Source of the DNA: Marispirochaeta sp.
GTDB lineage: Bacteria > Spirochaetota > Spirochaetia > JC444 > Marispirochaetaceae
Direction of reading: 5' to 3'
DNA length: 64,000 bases
NCBI GenBank assembly: GCA_963676835.2
Contig: CAXXFF010000002.1
Span: 896,001-960,000, forward strand
The translations under genes and the position numbers were made by a program. The notes below the pieces were generated by a model. The model did not search any database. It was given only the letters and a program-made list of their open reading frames with translations, and had not been told where the DNA came from. Of the stretch, positions 38,231 to 47,834 are shown piece after piece. How positions within the stretch are numbered: the stretch's first letter is position 1; each line of letters starts with the position of its first letter.

Positions 38231-39087
38231 GTAACACCGCAGTTAAAATTACCGGCTATACCTGGAAGTATCTTCACAGTGATTCCGAAGCCCTCAGAAA
38301 TATCGATTTTGAGATTTTCACCGGAGAGTGTGTGGGGCTTATCGGGTCAAACGGCTCGGGGAAAACAACTTTAGCCAACTCCATCGACGGTCTTGTCCCG
38401 GGGCAGTACCACGGTATAAAAAAAGGACGCGTGGAAGTTTTCGGTACGGAAGTTGAGGAGTACGAACGGGGCGAACTCCAGCGTACTGTTGGGTTGGTCT
38501 TTTCCGACCCGGAAGCACAGTTTACCGCCATGACCGTGGAGGATGAACTGGTATTCGGGCTGGAAAATCTGGGGCTGCCCATTCCTGAAATTCAGAAGCG
38601 CCTTGACTGGGCCTGTGAGCTTGCGGATCTGACACCCCTGCTGGATAAACCGCCCTATGAGATATCCGGCGGGCAGAAGCAGCGGGTGGCCCTGGCGGCA
38701 ATGCTTGCCATGCAGCCGAAGATTCTTATTCTGGATGAACCCACCGCCATGCTTGATCCGGTATCCCGGCAGAAGATATTTGATGTTCTTGCCCGGCTGC
38801 GGGAAGAGCGGGAAATTACCATGATACTCATAGAGCACAGCCTGGAGCATATTATTCCTCTGGCAGACCGGATGGTGCTGCTGGGGGATGGTAAAATAGT
38901 ACATCAGGCGCCTGTCCGGGACTTCTTTAATGATCTTGCCCGGGTTAAAGCCGAAGGGATTCATCTGCCCGGAGCAGTAGGCTTTTCCGGCTGGCTGCGG
39001 GAGCAGGGCCTGGCAGAGACAGAGCCTGCAATAAGTGTTGAAGAAGCAGCAGGTCAGGTACGGCAGGCTCTTGGAGGAAAGGTATGA
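38227..39087 (+). CDS. ecfA: ECF ATPase
   Basis: GSNGSGKT, ISGGQKQR and DEPTAMLD. Confidence 0.92.
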   Translation: MSNTAVKITGYTWKYLHSDSEALRNIDFEIFTGECVGLIGSNGSGKTTLANSIDGLVPGQYHGIKKGRVEVFGTEVEEYERGELQRTVGLVFSDPEAQFTAMTVEDELVFGLENLGLPIPEIQKRLDWACELADLTPLLDKPPYEISGGQKQRVALAAMLAMQPKILILDEPTAMLDPVSRQKIFDVLARLREEREITMILIEHSLEHIIPLADRMVLLGDGKIVHQAPVRDFFNDLARVKAEGIHLPGAVGFSGWLREQGLAETEPAISVEEAAGQVRQALGGKV

Positions 39088-39917
39088 GCTACATTGAAGT
39101 TACCGATCTTGTCTATACCTATCCCGACGGCACCAATGCAATTAAAGATGTAAGCCTGCGGATCGAATCCGGGGAGATGCTGGCATTGATCGGCCAGAAC
39201 GGTTCGGGGAAGACAACCCTTTCAAAGTGCCTCAACGGTCTCTTGATGCCAAGCTCCGGCTCCGTTGTGGTTGACGGACATGATTCCAGAAAAACCTCCA
39301 TTTCCGATATGGTCCGCCGGGTTGGCTATGTATTCCAGAATCCGGATCACCAGCTCTTCAACGCAACCTGCAGAGATGAAATTGCCTACGGGCCGAAGAA
39401 TATCGGTATAAATAAAGAGGAGACCGCCGAGCGGGTTGCCGAAGCCGCCGAGGTTGTCGGCCTGGCAGCGGAACATCTGGAGGAGCACCCCTTTTTCCTG
39501 CCCAAGGGCTTACGGCAGCGGGTAGCCATTGCCGCTATTCTTGCGCTCCGTCCCCAGGTAATAATTGTAGATGAGCCCACTACGGGACAGGATGCCCGGC
39601 AGGCCCGGGAAATTATGGAGTTTTTAACCCGGCTGAACCGGGAGCACGGGCATACGGTTATTATCATTACCCACGATATGGATATTGTTGCGACCTATAC
39701 AACGCGCATCCTTGCCATGGCGAACGGCCTTCTGGTGGCCGATGGAGATTCCCGGGATATTTTCTCCAATCAGGAAATCCTTACCCTGGCCTCCCTTGCG
39801 CCTCCCCAGATTACCCGGCTGGCCCAGGCTCTGGGTGATATGGGCTTTGGGAGAGGTATACTCTCTGTGGATGAGATGGTTGAGGCTTTCAGTCGCCGCA
39901 AAAAGGCAGCGGGATAA
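39084..39917 (+). CDS. ecfA: ECF ATPase
   Basis: GQNGSGKT, FQNPDHQ and DEPTTGQD. Confidence 0.92.
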   Translation: MSYIEVTDLVYTYPDGTNAIKDVSLRIESGEMLALIGQNGSGKTTLSKCLNGLLMPSSGSVVVDGHDSRKTSISDMVRRVGYVFQNPDHQLFNATCRDEIAYGPKNIGINKEETAERVAEAAEVVGLAAEHLEEHPFFLPKGLRQRVAIAAILALRPQVIIVDEPTTGQDARQAREIMEFLTRLNREHGHTVIIITHDMDIVATYTTRILAMANGLLVADGDSRDIFSNQEILTLASLAPPQITRLAQALGDMGFGRGILSVDEMVEAFSRRKKAAG

Positions 39918-39922
39918 AGGCC

Positions 39923-40450
39923 ATGCAGTTTGTCCAGGTGTTCGGGAAAGATGAGCTTCTGGACCGGATAAAAGAGGGCGGCAGTACCGGAAGCCACCTG
40001 ATTTCAATTAATGACCCCGGTGATAACGATACTCCTGAAGTCTTTACAGAGCAATTTCAATCTATACTGCGTCTGGAATTCTGGGATGCTGAAACGGTTG
40101 AGGAACTGTCCGATAAATATGTTCCAAAGCGTATACCGCAACGGCAGGATGCAGAAGCAGTAATAGAATTCTTCAATAACACAGAAGAGGTCGCCTCGGG
40201 CTATACCCTTCACTGCCGCCGGGGTATTTCCCGCAGTCCCGCTGCAGCCCTGGGGCTCTGGTATCTGATACTCGGTGAAGAACGGGCCGCCTCGGATGCC
40301 CTGATAGCCCAGCGCCGCCAGGCCGTTCCGAACAGAACCTTTGTAGCTTTCTTTGATGAGATTCTCGGGAGCCGTCTGCAGGACTTCCGGAATACCGTCT
40401 ATGCATCACGCATGGCGGCGGTGCGGAAGAATTTTCTGAAAGACAAATAA
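39923..40450 (+). CDS. Cys-dependent phosphatase (PTP/dual-specificity fold)
   Basis: HCRRGISRS (CX5R), LISINDP, LRLEFWD and PN motifs. Confidence 0.85.
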   Translation: MQFVQVFGKDELLDRIKEGGSTGSHLISINDPGDNDTPEVFTEQFQSILRLEFWDAETVEELSDKYVPKRIPQRQDAEAVIEFFNNTEEVASGYTLHCRRGISRSPAAALGLWYLILGEERAASDALIAQRRQAVPNRTFVAFFDEILGSRLQDFRNTVYASRMAAVRKNFLKDK

Positions 40451-40471
40451 AAATATTGATTAATGAATAAC

Positions 40472-40514
40472 TTGGTGTATAATTGACACTATAAAAGTGT
40501 AAAAATTACACTAA
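40472..40514 (+). promoter_or_regulatory. Two tandem NrtR-type operators over the nrtR promoter
   Basis: GTGT-N7-ACAC at 40475-40489 and 40497-40511 (22-bp period). TATAAT at 40478-40483 lies inside box 1; box 2 abuts the AAGGAGG RBS. Confidence 0.85.
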
Positions 40515-40524
40515 GGAGGTGGGT

Positions 40525-41205
40525 ATGTACTCATACAAATACCCCCATCCGGCGGTAACCGTGGACTGTGTGGTTTTCGGCCTGGATGATGACGAACTGA
40601 AAATACTGCTTGTTCGCAGAAAGCTGGAGCCCTATAAAAACTGCTGGGCCCTTCCGGGAGGCTTTGTGCAGATGGATGAGGATCTTGCTGCTGCCGCCCG
40701 CCGGGAGCTTCAGGAAGAGACCGGAGTAAAGGACATTTATCTGGAGCAGCTGGGAGCCTACGGCACTCCGGAGCGTGACCCGCGGGAGCGGGTAATTACC
40801 ATCGCTCATCTGGCCATCGTCAACCTCTTTGATCACCCCGTACAGCCCGATACGGACGCTGAAGAGGCCGCCTGGTTTTCCCTGGATGACCTGCCGGAAC
40901 CCGCCTTTGACCACTGCCGCATTATTAAAGACGGCCTTGAACGGCTTCAGCAGAAGGCCGGGGAGGAGCCGCTGGTTTTTGCTTTTCTGCCGGAAGAGTT
41001 TACCCTGAGCCAGGTTCAGACGGTCTATGAGGCAGTGCTGTGCAAAAGTCTGGATAAACGGAATTTCCGCAAGAAGCTCCTCGCCACCGGTCTTGTTATG
41101 GAAACGGAGCATTACGAAATAGATGTTTCTCACCGGGCTGCCAGATTCTACCGCTTTGACCGGGAAGGTTTCCGGGCGGGAGACGAGTTCCGGGTCAGGA
41201 TCTGA
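40525..41205 (+). CDS. nrtR: NrtR regulator (Nudix + wHTH)
   Basis: VTVDCVVF, Nudix box GGFVQMDEDLAAAARRELQEETGV, RDPR, AFDH and FTL...DKRNFRKK. Confidence 0.92.
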   Translation: MYSYKYPHPAVTVDCVVFGLDDDELKILLVRRKLEPYKNCWALPGGFVQMDEDLAAAARRELQEETGVKDIYLEQLGAYGTPERDPRERVITIAHLAIVNLFDHPVQPDTDAEEAAWFSLDDLPEPAFDHCRIIKDGLERLQQKAGEEPLVFAFLPEEFTLSQVQTVYEAVLCKSLDKRNFRKKLLATGLVMETEHYEIDVSHRAARFYRFDREGFRAGDEFRVRI

Positions 41206-41220
41206 TAGGGAGGTATAAAT

Positions 41221-41883
41221 ATGCTAACAAGTAATGGTGCTGCTATAAGCAAGGATGCTGTACACACAATCGAGGTCTTCGGGTCTGATACTGTACTGAT
41301 CCCTGCAGATATGGCTGTATTCACCTTTTCCGCGGTTGCCGAAAATATCAATGTAAAAATGGCTACCGCCGAAGTCTATCAATTGACTAAAGAAATTGAT
41401 GAAGTTCTGAAAGACTGGAGTACCGTAAAGATAGAAACATCACGGATACAGCTGCAGAGGAATTATAATCAGCGGCAGCACAATGATTCGATGAGTTTTA
41501 TAGCTGCAATCAGATACCGGATTACTCTTATCGATTTCGATGAGATAGCAGATCTCACCGACCTGGTTATTTCTCTTGGTATTACCGAAGTCGGCGCTCC
41601 CCGGTTCATGACATCAAAGCTGAAGAAATATCGGGCACTGGCGCGGACAAATGCGATAAAAGCCGCTCGGGAAAAGGCTGAAATATACTGCGCGCAGGAA
41701 AATATGAAAGTAGGATTTCCTGTCAAAATTGTCGATCAGAATCCGGACTATCTTGAAGGCCGTAGTCACAGTGAAACCGCATATCTTCTTGATCAGATCT
41801 CGGGGAAATCCCCCGAGTTTGCAGAAAGCGATACAATTACCGTAAGTGGAGCGGTGAAGGTGCTGTATGAACTCCAGCGATGA
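41221..41883 (+). CDS. SIMPL (DUF541)-like protein, no obvious signal peptide
   Basis: TIEVFG....PADMA, AIKAAREKAE and ITVSGAVKVLY. Confidence 0.75.
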   Translation: MLTSNGAAISKDAVHTIEVFGSDTVLIPADMAVFTFSAVAENINVKMATAEVYQLTKEIDEVLKDWSTVKIETSRIQLQRNYNQRQHNDSMSFIAAIRYRITLIDFDEIADLTDLVISLGITEVGAPRFMTSKLKKYRALARTNAIKAAREKAEIYCAQENMKVGFPVKIVDQNPDYLEGRSHSETAYLLDQISGKSPEFAESDTITVSGAVKVLYELQR

Positions 41884-43135
41884 AATATATGAGCTGGAAG
41901 AGCTGCAGGAAGATTATGAACTCCTGGTTGATATCGACGAGGAAGAGTTCAGAAAGAAGTATGCTCAAGTAACGGAGCAGATGAAAGCAAGCGGTTCCTG
42001 GTATTATCTGAAGAATTCCTTCAAAGGAAGTCTTCCCCTGGATTTTACCAACCCTCAATTTGATGAAGTCCAGGGAGAAAAACACCTTGGGCTGGGGCGC
42101 AGTTCATTTTATGATCAGTTTCTGGACGAGGTTTCCATTCTCTGCAACCACAAGGTTCATCAGAGTGATTACATGCTCTGGATAAATCCGGCAGATCCTT
42201 ATGAATCATTAAACTACTATATTGATACTGCAGAAGCAATCGAGTTCAGTCTCGAGGGGGTTGCCCTTGAAGATATCAGAAAAGCATCTGCGATCGGATA
42301 CCGGGCGCCGGACCGGCGTGAACTTGGTACCAGCTATATGACTGTCTGGGAAATTAATCAGATTCTGTTTTCCCCGGCTGTGGAAAAAACAGTCTTTCAT
42401 TTGCGGGGAGGCCTTAAAGGTGGGGATGTCCGGAAGGTCCTGGGAGATCTCGTTGGAGAGGACAGGATAGTTGAAGATGAACTTTGGGATTTTGAGTTCA
42501 GGACAGAAAGGCATAAAAGTCTGCTTACACCAAAGAAATATTGGCCTCTGGAAAACCAGCCGGTTATTTTTCTTGCCGGTCCTTTAAACTCCGCGCCTCA
42601 ATGGCAGCGACAGGCTTCATGCATGATTTTCAACAGGATGAAAAAGGTTACGGTCTGTTCTCCCAGAATGATTTCCCATGAGGAGCAGGGGTGTGACTAT
42701 ACCTTTACCCGGCAACGTGCCTGGGAACGGTATTATATGGACAGGGCGGCGGAGTACGGCACAATTTTGTTCTGGATGCCGGAAGTTGATCCGCAGCATG
42801 ACTACAAAGGATTAACCTACGGTGCAACCACACGGTTTGAACTGGGGGAGTGGATGACCCGTGCCTCCCTGGATAAGAGCATCAATGTGGAGATCGGGGC
42901 ACAGGAGGGGTTTAACACCATTCACACCATAGCCTACGATATGCAGAGGCTTCTGCCGGAAAAGGTTCTGCATACGAGTCTAAGCAGTCTTGTGGATGCG
43001 GCAATTGAACATGCCGGGAAGAAATTCACCGGCCGCAGGGTAAGAAACGATAACCCCGGTGAGATAGCAGATTTAATTCCCATAAGAGATAAACCACGTT
43101 CCGCAGGGCGTGCTGACCCTGCGGGCGGTGTATAA
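41867..43135 (+). CDS. Unknown acidic N-terminal domain fused to a nucleoside 2-deoxyribosyltransferase-like domain
   Basis: C-terminal half has IFLAGP....WQ, SPR, Q.AWE..YM..A, ILFWMP and TTRFELGEW. Confidence 0.7.
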   Translation: MNSSDEIYELEELQEDYELLVDIDEEEFRKKYAQVTEQMKASGSWYYLKNSFKGSLPLDFTNPQFDEVQGEKHLGLGRSSFYDQFLDEVSILCNHKVHQSDYMLWINPADPYESLNYYIDTAEAIEFSLEGVALEDIRKASAIGYRAPDRRELGTSYMTVWEINQILFSPAVEKTVFHLRGGLKGGDVRKVLGDLVGEDRIVEDELWDFEFRTERHKSLLTPKKYWPLENQPVIFLAGPLNSAPQWQRQASCMIFNRMKKVTVCSPRMISHEEQGCDYTFTRQRAWERYYMDRAAEYGTILFWMPEVDPQHDYKGLTYGATTRFELGEWMTRASLDKSINVEIGAQEGFNTIHTIAYDMQRLLPEKVLHTSLSSLVDAAIEHAGKKFTGRRVRNDNPGEIADLIPIRDKPRSAGRADPAGGV

Positions 43136-43185
43136 TGTGCTGGTTGTCGGCGGGAGAGATGACAGCCCTCTGAAAGAGCTGCAGC

Positions 43186-44532
43186 TCAGGGCATCCAGCC
43201 GCCGATGTCCCGGAAAAAGTGGTTGAGCATTCCCGGATACTCCGGATGATGTTCTACCGATGAATCCGCGGCAGTCTGGAGTCCCTTCTGCGGATCAAGG
43301 TCATATATCTGATAGGCTGTTTCCCGGATCATCTGCCACTGGGGGTAGTCTTCCATCAGCGGCCAGCCGTTTTCTTTCCCCCAACTATAGGCTTCATCCA
43401 TGCTTGCCAGGAGACTGCTGTACAGCGATTTGAAACTGTAGTCACCCTGTTCCATGCTGTTTACAATTTCAAGGCGGCGTTCCATCTCCATTTTCAGCAT
43501 GAAAAATTCCGGTTTTCCGGCGGCATCAATTACTGCCTGAATGACGGATTTATCTCTTAACTTCTGTACTGCCTGAATAAAGAGGGAAATATTACCATTT
43601 ACACTCTCTTCTATTGCTATGCGTGCAATAGCTTCCTGATCCTCAAGGTTGTCCAGGGCTGCCTGGCGTTCCCAGGACTGGTAGTTCGCGGACATTCCTG
43701 CAAGGCTTGAAGACTGATTAAGGGCAATATCCTTAAGGATCTTCTGGTCTTGTATACGGCGGATTAAAACATCCGTATGCACTCCCATCAGGGTTACACC
43801 CATGCCGGGCCGGGTAATCTTGCGGATTATCGATTCTTCTGTTTCTGTCATCAATGCCCGTGCTGTTGACATTATGATAGTGGTGCGGCCATTAAGAGAC
43901 AGGTATTCAAGAGCTTTTTTCTCTGTAATACGGCCAAGGGCTACATTCTGAACAAAACCGCCGCTGTCCACCATTGCGAGCTCTTTGAGCAGGTCCTGGT
44001 CCTCAAGTTTGCTCACCATGGTGTAGCGGATGCTCGAATCCTCTTCTTTTTTTATCAGCCGGGCAAGCAGGTCCTGCCGGGTGATTTTGGCTGCGGCGAT
44101 TTTGCGGATAAAAGACTCCTTCTCTTTTTCCACAAATTCGGCCAGGGTCTGCTGGTCGTTAATTCTGATTACTGCATCCACCCGGACTGCGGCTTCCCTG
44201 TCGTTCAGGGCAATCTTATGCAGGATATCTGTATTGCGCAGCAGTTTTACTGCCTCGACTCTTTTGCCAAGTACTGTGTTTTTTTCTGCAATTTCAGTAA
44301 TGCGGCGGTCCGCAGCCCTGCGTATCTCCGGGTTAGGGCTTTTTTGTCGTAAGTGTGAAAGAAGTTTGGGTGAGTTCGATTTCTTCAGGGCAACAAGAAG
44401 TATTCCTTCGTCTGTTTCGCTGGTCAGAATCTTATCAAGGATTTTATCATCCTGAATTTTTTCGACCGCCTGCCTACGGATGGAAACATCCGGGTTTTTC
44501 CATTTAGGCTTAAATAAATCTGCTAATCCCAT
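43186..44532 (-). CDS. HEAT-like helical repeat protein
   Basis: Repeating ~24-aa units of the form xR..AV.KI.DQ..L..IA..D. Confidence 0.7.
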   Translation of the reverse strand: MGLADLFKPKWKNPDVSIRRQAVEKIQDDKILDKILTSETDEGILLVALKKSNSPKLLSHLRQKSPNPEIRRAADRRITEIAEKNTVLGKRVEAVKLLRNTDILHKIALNDREAAVRVDAVIRINDQQTLAEFVEKEKESFIRKIAAAKITRQDLLARLIKKEEDSSIRYTMVSKLEDQDLLKELAMVDSGGFVQNVALGRITEKKALEYLSLNGRTTIIMSTARALMTETEESIIRKITRPGMGVTLMGVHTDVLIRRIQDQKILKDIALNQSSSLAGMSANYQSWERQAALDNLEDQEAIARIAIEESVNGNISLFIQAVQKLRDKSVIQAVIDAAGKPEFFMLKMEMERRLEIVNSMEQGDYSFKSLYSSLLASMDEAYSWGKENGWPLMEDYPQWQMIRETAYQIYDLDPQKGLQTAADSSVEHHPEYPGMLNHFFRDIGGWMP

Positions 44533-44618
44533 TTTTTATCTCCATATTTTTTGGTAGATAAATCCTAACGTAGAAAATGGGATAATGCACGTGAAAAATT
44601 ATCGCAGTAACTAAAGGC

Positions 44619-46385
44619 CTAGTCCGTCTCCACCGGAATAGAAAGACTGAACACCGGATGCGGAGATCGCTCTATGCGGAGGTCGCCGCCTATCTGCTGG
44701 ACCAGGGTCGAAATAAGCCGCAGGCCCAGGGTTGTGCCCTTTTCGAAATCAACGTCTTCAGCAATAGGATCCCCGTTATTTGAGAATGTGACCAGGTAGT
44801 TTGTATCCTGCTGACGAATGTCGATCTTAATCTTCGGATCGTCATTATCGGTAAATCCGTGTTTAACTGCATTGGTTGCAAGTTCGTTGATTATCAGTCC
44901 CAGGGTAACCGCCCTGCGGGTATCGATGTTGAGGTCGGTAACGTTAAAGTTAATGCCGATTTTACGGTTGAAATTATGTACCGCGGTAAAGATAACCTGA
45001 CGGATATAGGGGCCCAGAGGAATTGAGCTGATATTTGCGGAGTCCTGCAGCTGCTGATGCAGGGAGGTTATGGCCTGTACCCGGGAGAGAAGGTCCGCCA
45101 GATCGGCAGTTTCCCCCAGTTCCGCATTTTTCAGGCTTATAAGGGATCCCACCATCATAAGGTTGTTTTTTACCCGGTGATTCAGTTCTTCCCGGAGCAG
45201 CTTTTCCTCAGACAGGGTCTGGAGCAGTTGTCTTTCTGCTTCTTTCTGCTCATTGATCAGTATTGCAGTAATATAAATAAGGTGGGTATCTCGCAGTTCA
45301 ATTAGCTCAAAAGATGCCAGAACTTCAAGTGATGTTCCATATTTTGTTTGAATGGTGATTTCCTTGTTTCGCAGGAACCCTTTATCTTGAAGGATATTTA
45401 TGATCCATGATTCCGTCTCCCGTGACACTCCCAGTATATCAGCAGCTCTGTTCTGATTGACTTCTTTCCATGAGTATCCGGTATGTTTGGAAAATGAAGG
45501 GTTTACATCCACCCATCCCAGAGTCTCCATCTCTATCAGTCCTATCATGGCAGGACTGGTTTCAAAGAGTTTTGTATATTTTTCTTCGGACAATACCAGG
45601 GCAGTAATATCCCTGCTTACCCCGAAGACCGCAGGATTACCGTTCCATACCGCCATGGAAACACGCGTTTCCACGGGGATAGTTCTGCCGCTTTTAGAAA
45701 CAAGGGGTATGCTGCATTTATCCTTTGTTCCTGAAAGCATTTCCTGTACTGTATGCAGTGCTTCTTCCCTTCTTGGTTCCGGGTGGACCTGCAGTACCGA
45801 TTTGCCGATGAGCTCTTCTCTCGAATAATCGAGATTGGTAAGGGAAGTACTGTTTGTATCGATTATATTGCCCTGTTCATCCAGTACCCAGAGATAGTCG
45901 AGGCTTCCGTTAAAGAATGCCCGGAAATTATTTTCACTCTGTTCTATTCTGGATTTCATGTTTTCCTGATCTGAAACATCCCGGTGTGTCCCGTACAGCC
46001 ATTCCGGCCGGCCTTCGGGGGTGCGGCTTACAACCGCTGCCCGTGCATCAATCCAGAGCCAGTGACCTTTTCTGTGTTTCATGCGCACGGTGCACTGGTA
46101 CGAATCTGTTTCGCCGGCCAGGTAGCGTGCTATTGCTGCATCCGAACGTTTCAGATCTTCAGGATGTACATGCTGATGCCAGGCGACAACAGAAAGAGGA
46201 GCAAGTTCTTTTAATGTATACCCGAGCATATTCGCCCAGCTTTCATTAAAGAAGACTTCCTCAGTTAACAAATTAAACTCCCATGTTCCAATCCCCGTCA
46301 GTTCAAGAGCTGCCTGTATGCGGCTTTCTTTGTCTGACGGAAGATTTGAGGGTGTATTACTGACGGAAGAAGTCCTTTGCTTCAT
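44619..46385 (-). CDS. Cytoplasmic multi-PAS histidine kinase (HisKA_2 type)
   Basis: Three PAS-like domains (HVHPED, VHPE); ELNHRVKNNL, NELATNAVKH and TLGLRL. Confidence 0.92.
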   Translation of the reverse strand: MKQRTSSVSNTPSNLPSDKESRIQAALELTGIGTWEFNLLTEEVFFNESWANMLGYTLKELAPLSVVAWHQHVHPEDLKRSDAAIARYLAGETDSYQCTVRMKHRKGHWLWIDARAAVVSRTPEGRPEWLYGTHRDVSDQENMKSRIEQSENNFRAFFNGSLDYLWVLDEQGNIIDTNSTSLTNLDYSREELIGKSVLQVHPEPRREEALHTVQEMLSGTKDKCSIPLVSKSGRTIPVETRVSMAVWNGNPAVFGVSRDITALVLSEEKYTKLFETSPAMIGLIEMETLGWVDVNPSFSKHTGYSWKEVNQNRAADILGVSRETESWIINILQDKGFLRNKEITIQTKYGTSLEVLASFELIELRDTHLIYITAILINEQKEAERQLLQTLSEEKLLREELNHRVKNNLMMVGSLISLKNAELGETADLADLLSRVQAITSLHQQLQDSANISSIPLGPYIRQVIFTAVHNFNRKIGINFNVTDLNIDTRRAVTLGLIINELATNAVKHGFTDNDDPKIKIDIRQQDTNYLVTFSNNGDPIAEDVDFEKGTTLGLRLISTLVQQIGGDLRIERSPHPVFSLSIPVETD

Positions 46386-46587
46386 TAGGTACCTGTTACA
46401 TAAGTTATAGCTATTGGTAATAAAATTTCAAACGGAAACTACTATTCTAAGGTGAAAAGAAGCACGGGTCAATTTGAAATATGTTGCAGAGTGTTTTAAT
46501 TCCCTCCTGTTATGCAAAAAATGGAATAAGCGATGATTGGGATTAAATAATTGATAATCAGAGGATACATCATATACAATTAACAGA

Positions 46588-47811
46588 ATGAGACGCTCCG
46601 AACTCAAGCGCTTTTCTCTCAGTTTCTTCGACGGAGATACTGAACGGCAGTTTCAGCAGGTCCATCAGAATCCCCGGGAGATTCGGGCTATCTTTATAAT
46701 CTCCGTAAGTTTCTACATGCTCTATACAGCCCTGGATTTTGTTCTGTTTCCGGATCTTGTAGTAAAGCTTATCCTTATTCGGGTGTTGTTTTTTCTCCCT
46801 GTGGTTGCATTGCTGTACTCCCTTACCTTTACCAAAATCTATTACAAAATTGCCACATCCATTCTAATTGTTCTTGCCATTTCCAGTGCCGCCGGTGTTC
46901 TCTATATGTTGTATCTTGTCCGGGACAACCGGTATGCCTGGTTGTTTTACTTCGGCGTAGCTCAGATAATGCTCATGTTCTTCGGTATAGGCAGGGCGAA
47001 TGTCGTTCCTTCTGCAATAACAGGGCTTGCCATTATTTCAGCTTCAGTAGTTGTTGATACAGTTTTTGTTGAAACCGACAGTAAGGCCACCCTCATTAAG
47101 GTGGTTTATCTGGTAACCATGGGAGGCATGGGGCTTTCTATCTGCGGGATTATTCAGTACAGAGCCCGGGAGAACTTCTGGTCCATGCGCAAGGTGGAGG
47201 AAATCTCCATAACTGATACTCTCACCGGGCTGCACAACCGGCGCTACTTTCAGCAGGAACTCGAAAAAGAAGTGGTTAACTATGCCAATAAGTATCCTTC
47301 ATCAGAACACCAGACTTACGAACGTGCAAAGGAGTGGCCCCTTAACCGGCAGTACGGCATAGTGCTCCTCGACCTGGACAAGTTTAAGCGTATTAACGAC
47401 AAATACGGCCACGCCGCAGGCGATGTGGTCCTGGTGGAATTTACCCGTAGAATACGCAGTATAATCCGCAATACCGACGCCTTTATCCGCTGGGGAGGTG
47501 AGGAGTTTCTGCTGATCCTGCGGAATACCCATATTGATTTTATAAATAAATTTTCAGTGATGATTCAGCGGGAAATAAGCAGCAAGCCTTTTAATATTGG
47601 ATCAGAGCAGCTGCGGGTAACAACATCCGGGGGTGTTATGCTGATTCCGGTTCATTCCGAGGAGAACCTGAAAAGTTCCGAGCTGCTTATTCGTCTGGTG
47701 GATAAGGCCCTCTATCATGCCAAAGAAAACGGGCGCAACCGGATAAGCCTGGTTACGCCCGAGGATTCGCTTCAGGAAGAAAAGATAAGCTTCAGCTTTC
47801 TTCCTCAATAA
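46588..47811 (+). CDS. Membrane diguanylate cyclase
   Basis: About six TM segments; DTLTGLHNRR, DLDKFK.IND.YGH..GD, I-site RNTD and RWGGEEF. Confidence 0.93.
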   Translation: MRRSELKRFSLSFFDGDTERQFQQVHQNPREIRAIFIISVSFYMLYTALDFVLFPDLVVKLILIRVLFFLPVVALLYSLTFTKIYYKIATSILIVLAISSAAGVLYMLYLVRDNRYAWLFYFGVAQIMLMFFGIGRANVVPSAITGLAIISASVVVDTVFVETDSKATLIKVVYLVTMGGMGLSICGIIQYRARENFWSMRKVEEISITDTLTGLHNRRYFQQELEKEVVNYANKYPSSEHQTYERAKEWPLNRQYGIVLLDLDKFKRINDKYGHAAGDVVLVEFTRRIRSIIRNTDAFIRWGGEEFLLILRNTHIDFINKFSVMIQREISSKPFNIGSEQLRVTTSGGVMLIPVHSEENLKSSELLIRLVDKALYHAKENGRNRISLVTPEDSLQEEKISFSFLPQ

Positions 47812-47834
47812 ACTTTACTTCTTCTCTTTCCGGT

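Noticed and set aside
43101..43124. GC hairpin CCGCAGGG/CCCTGCGG at the end of the NDT-like gene
   Set aside because: It lies inside the coding frame, lacks a T run, and no second copy was seen to suggest a REP element.
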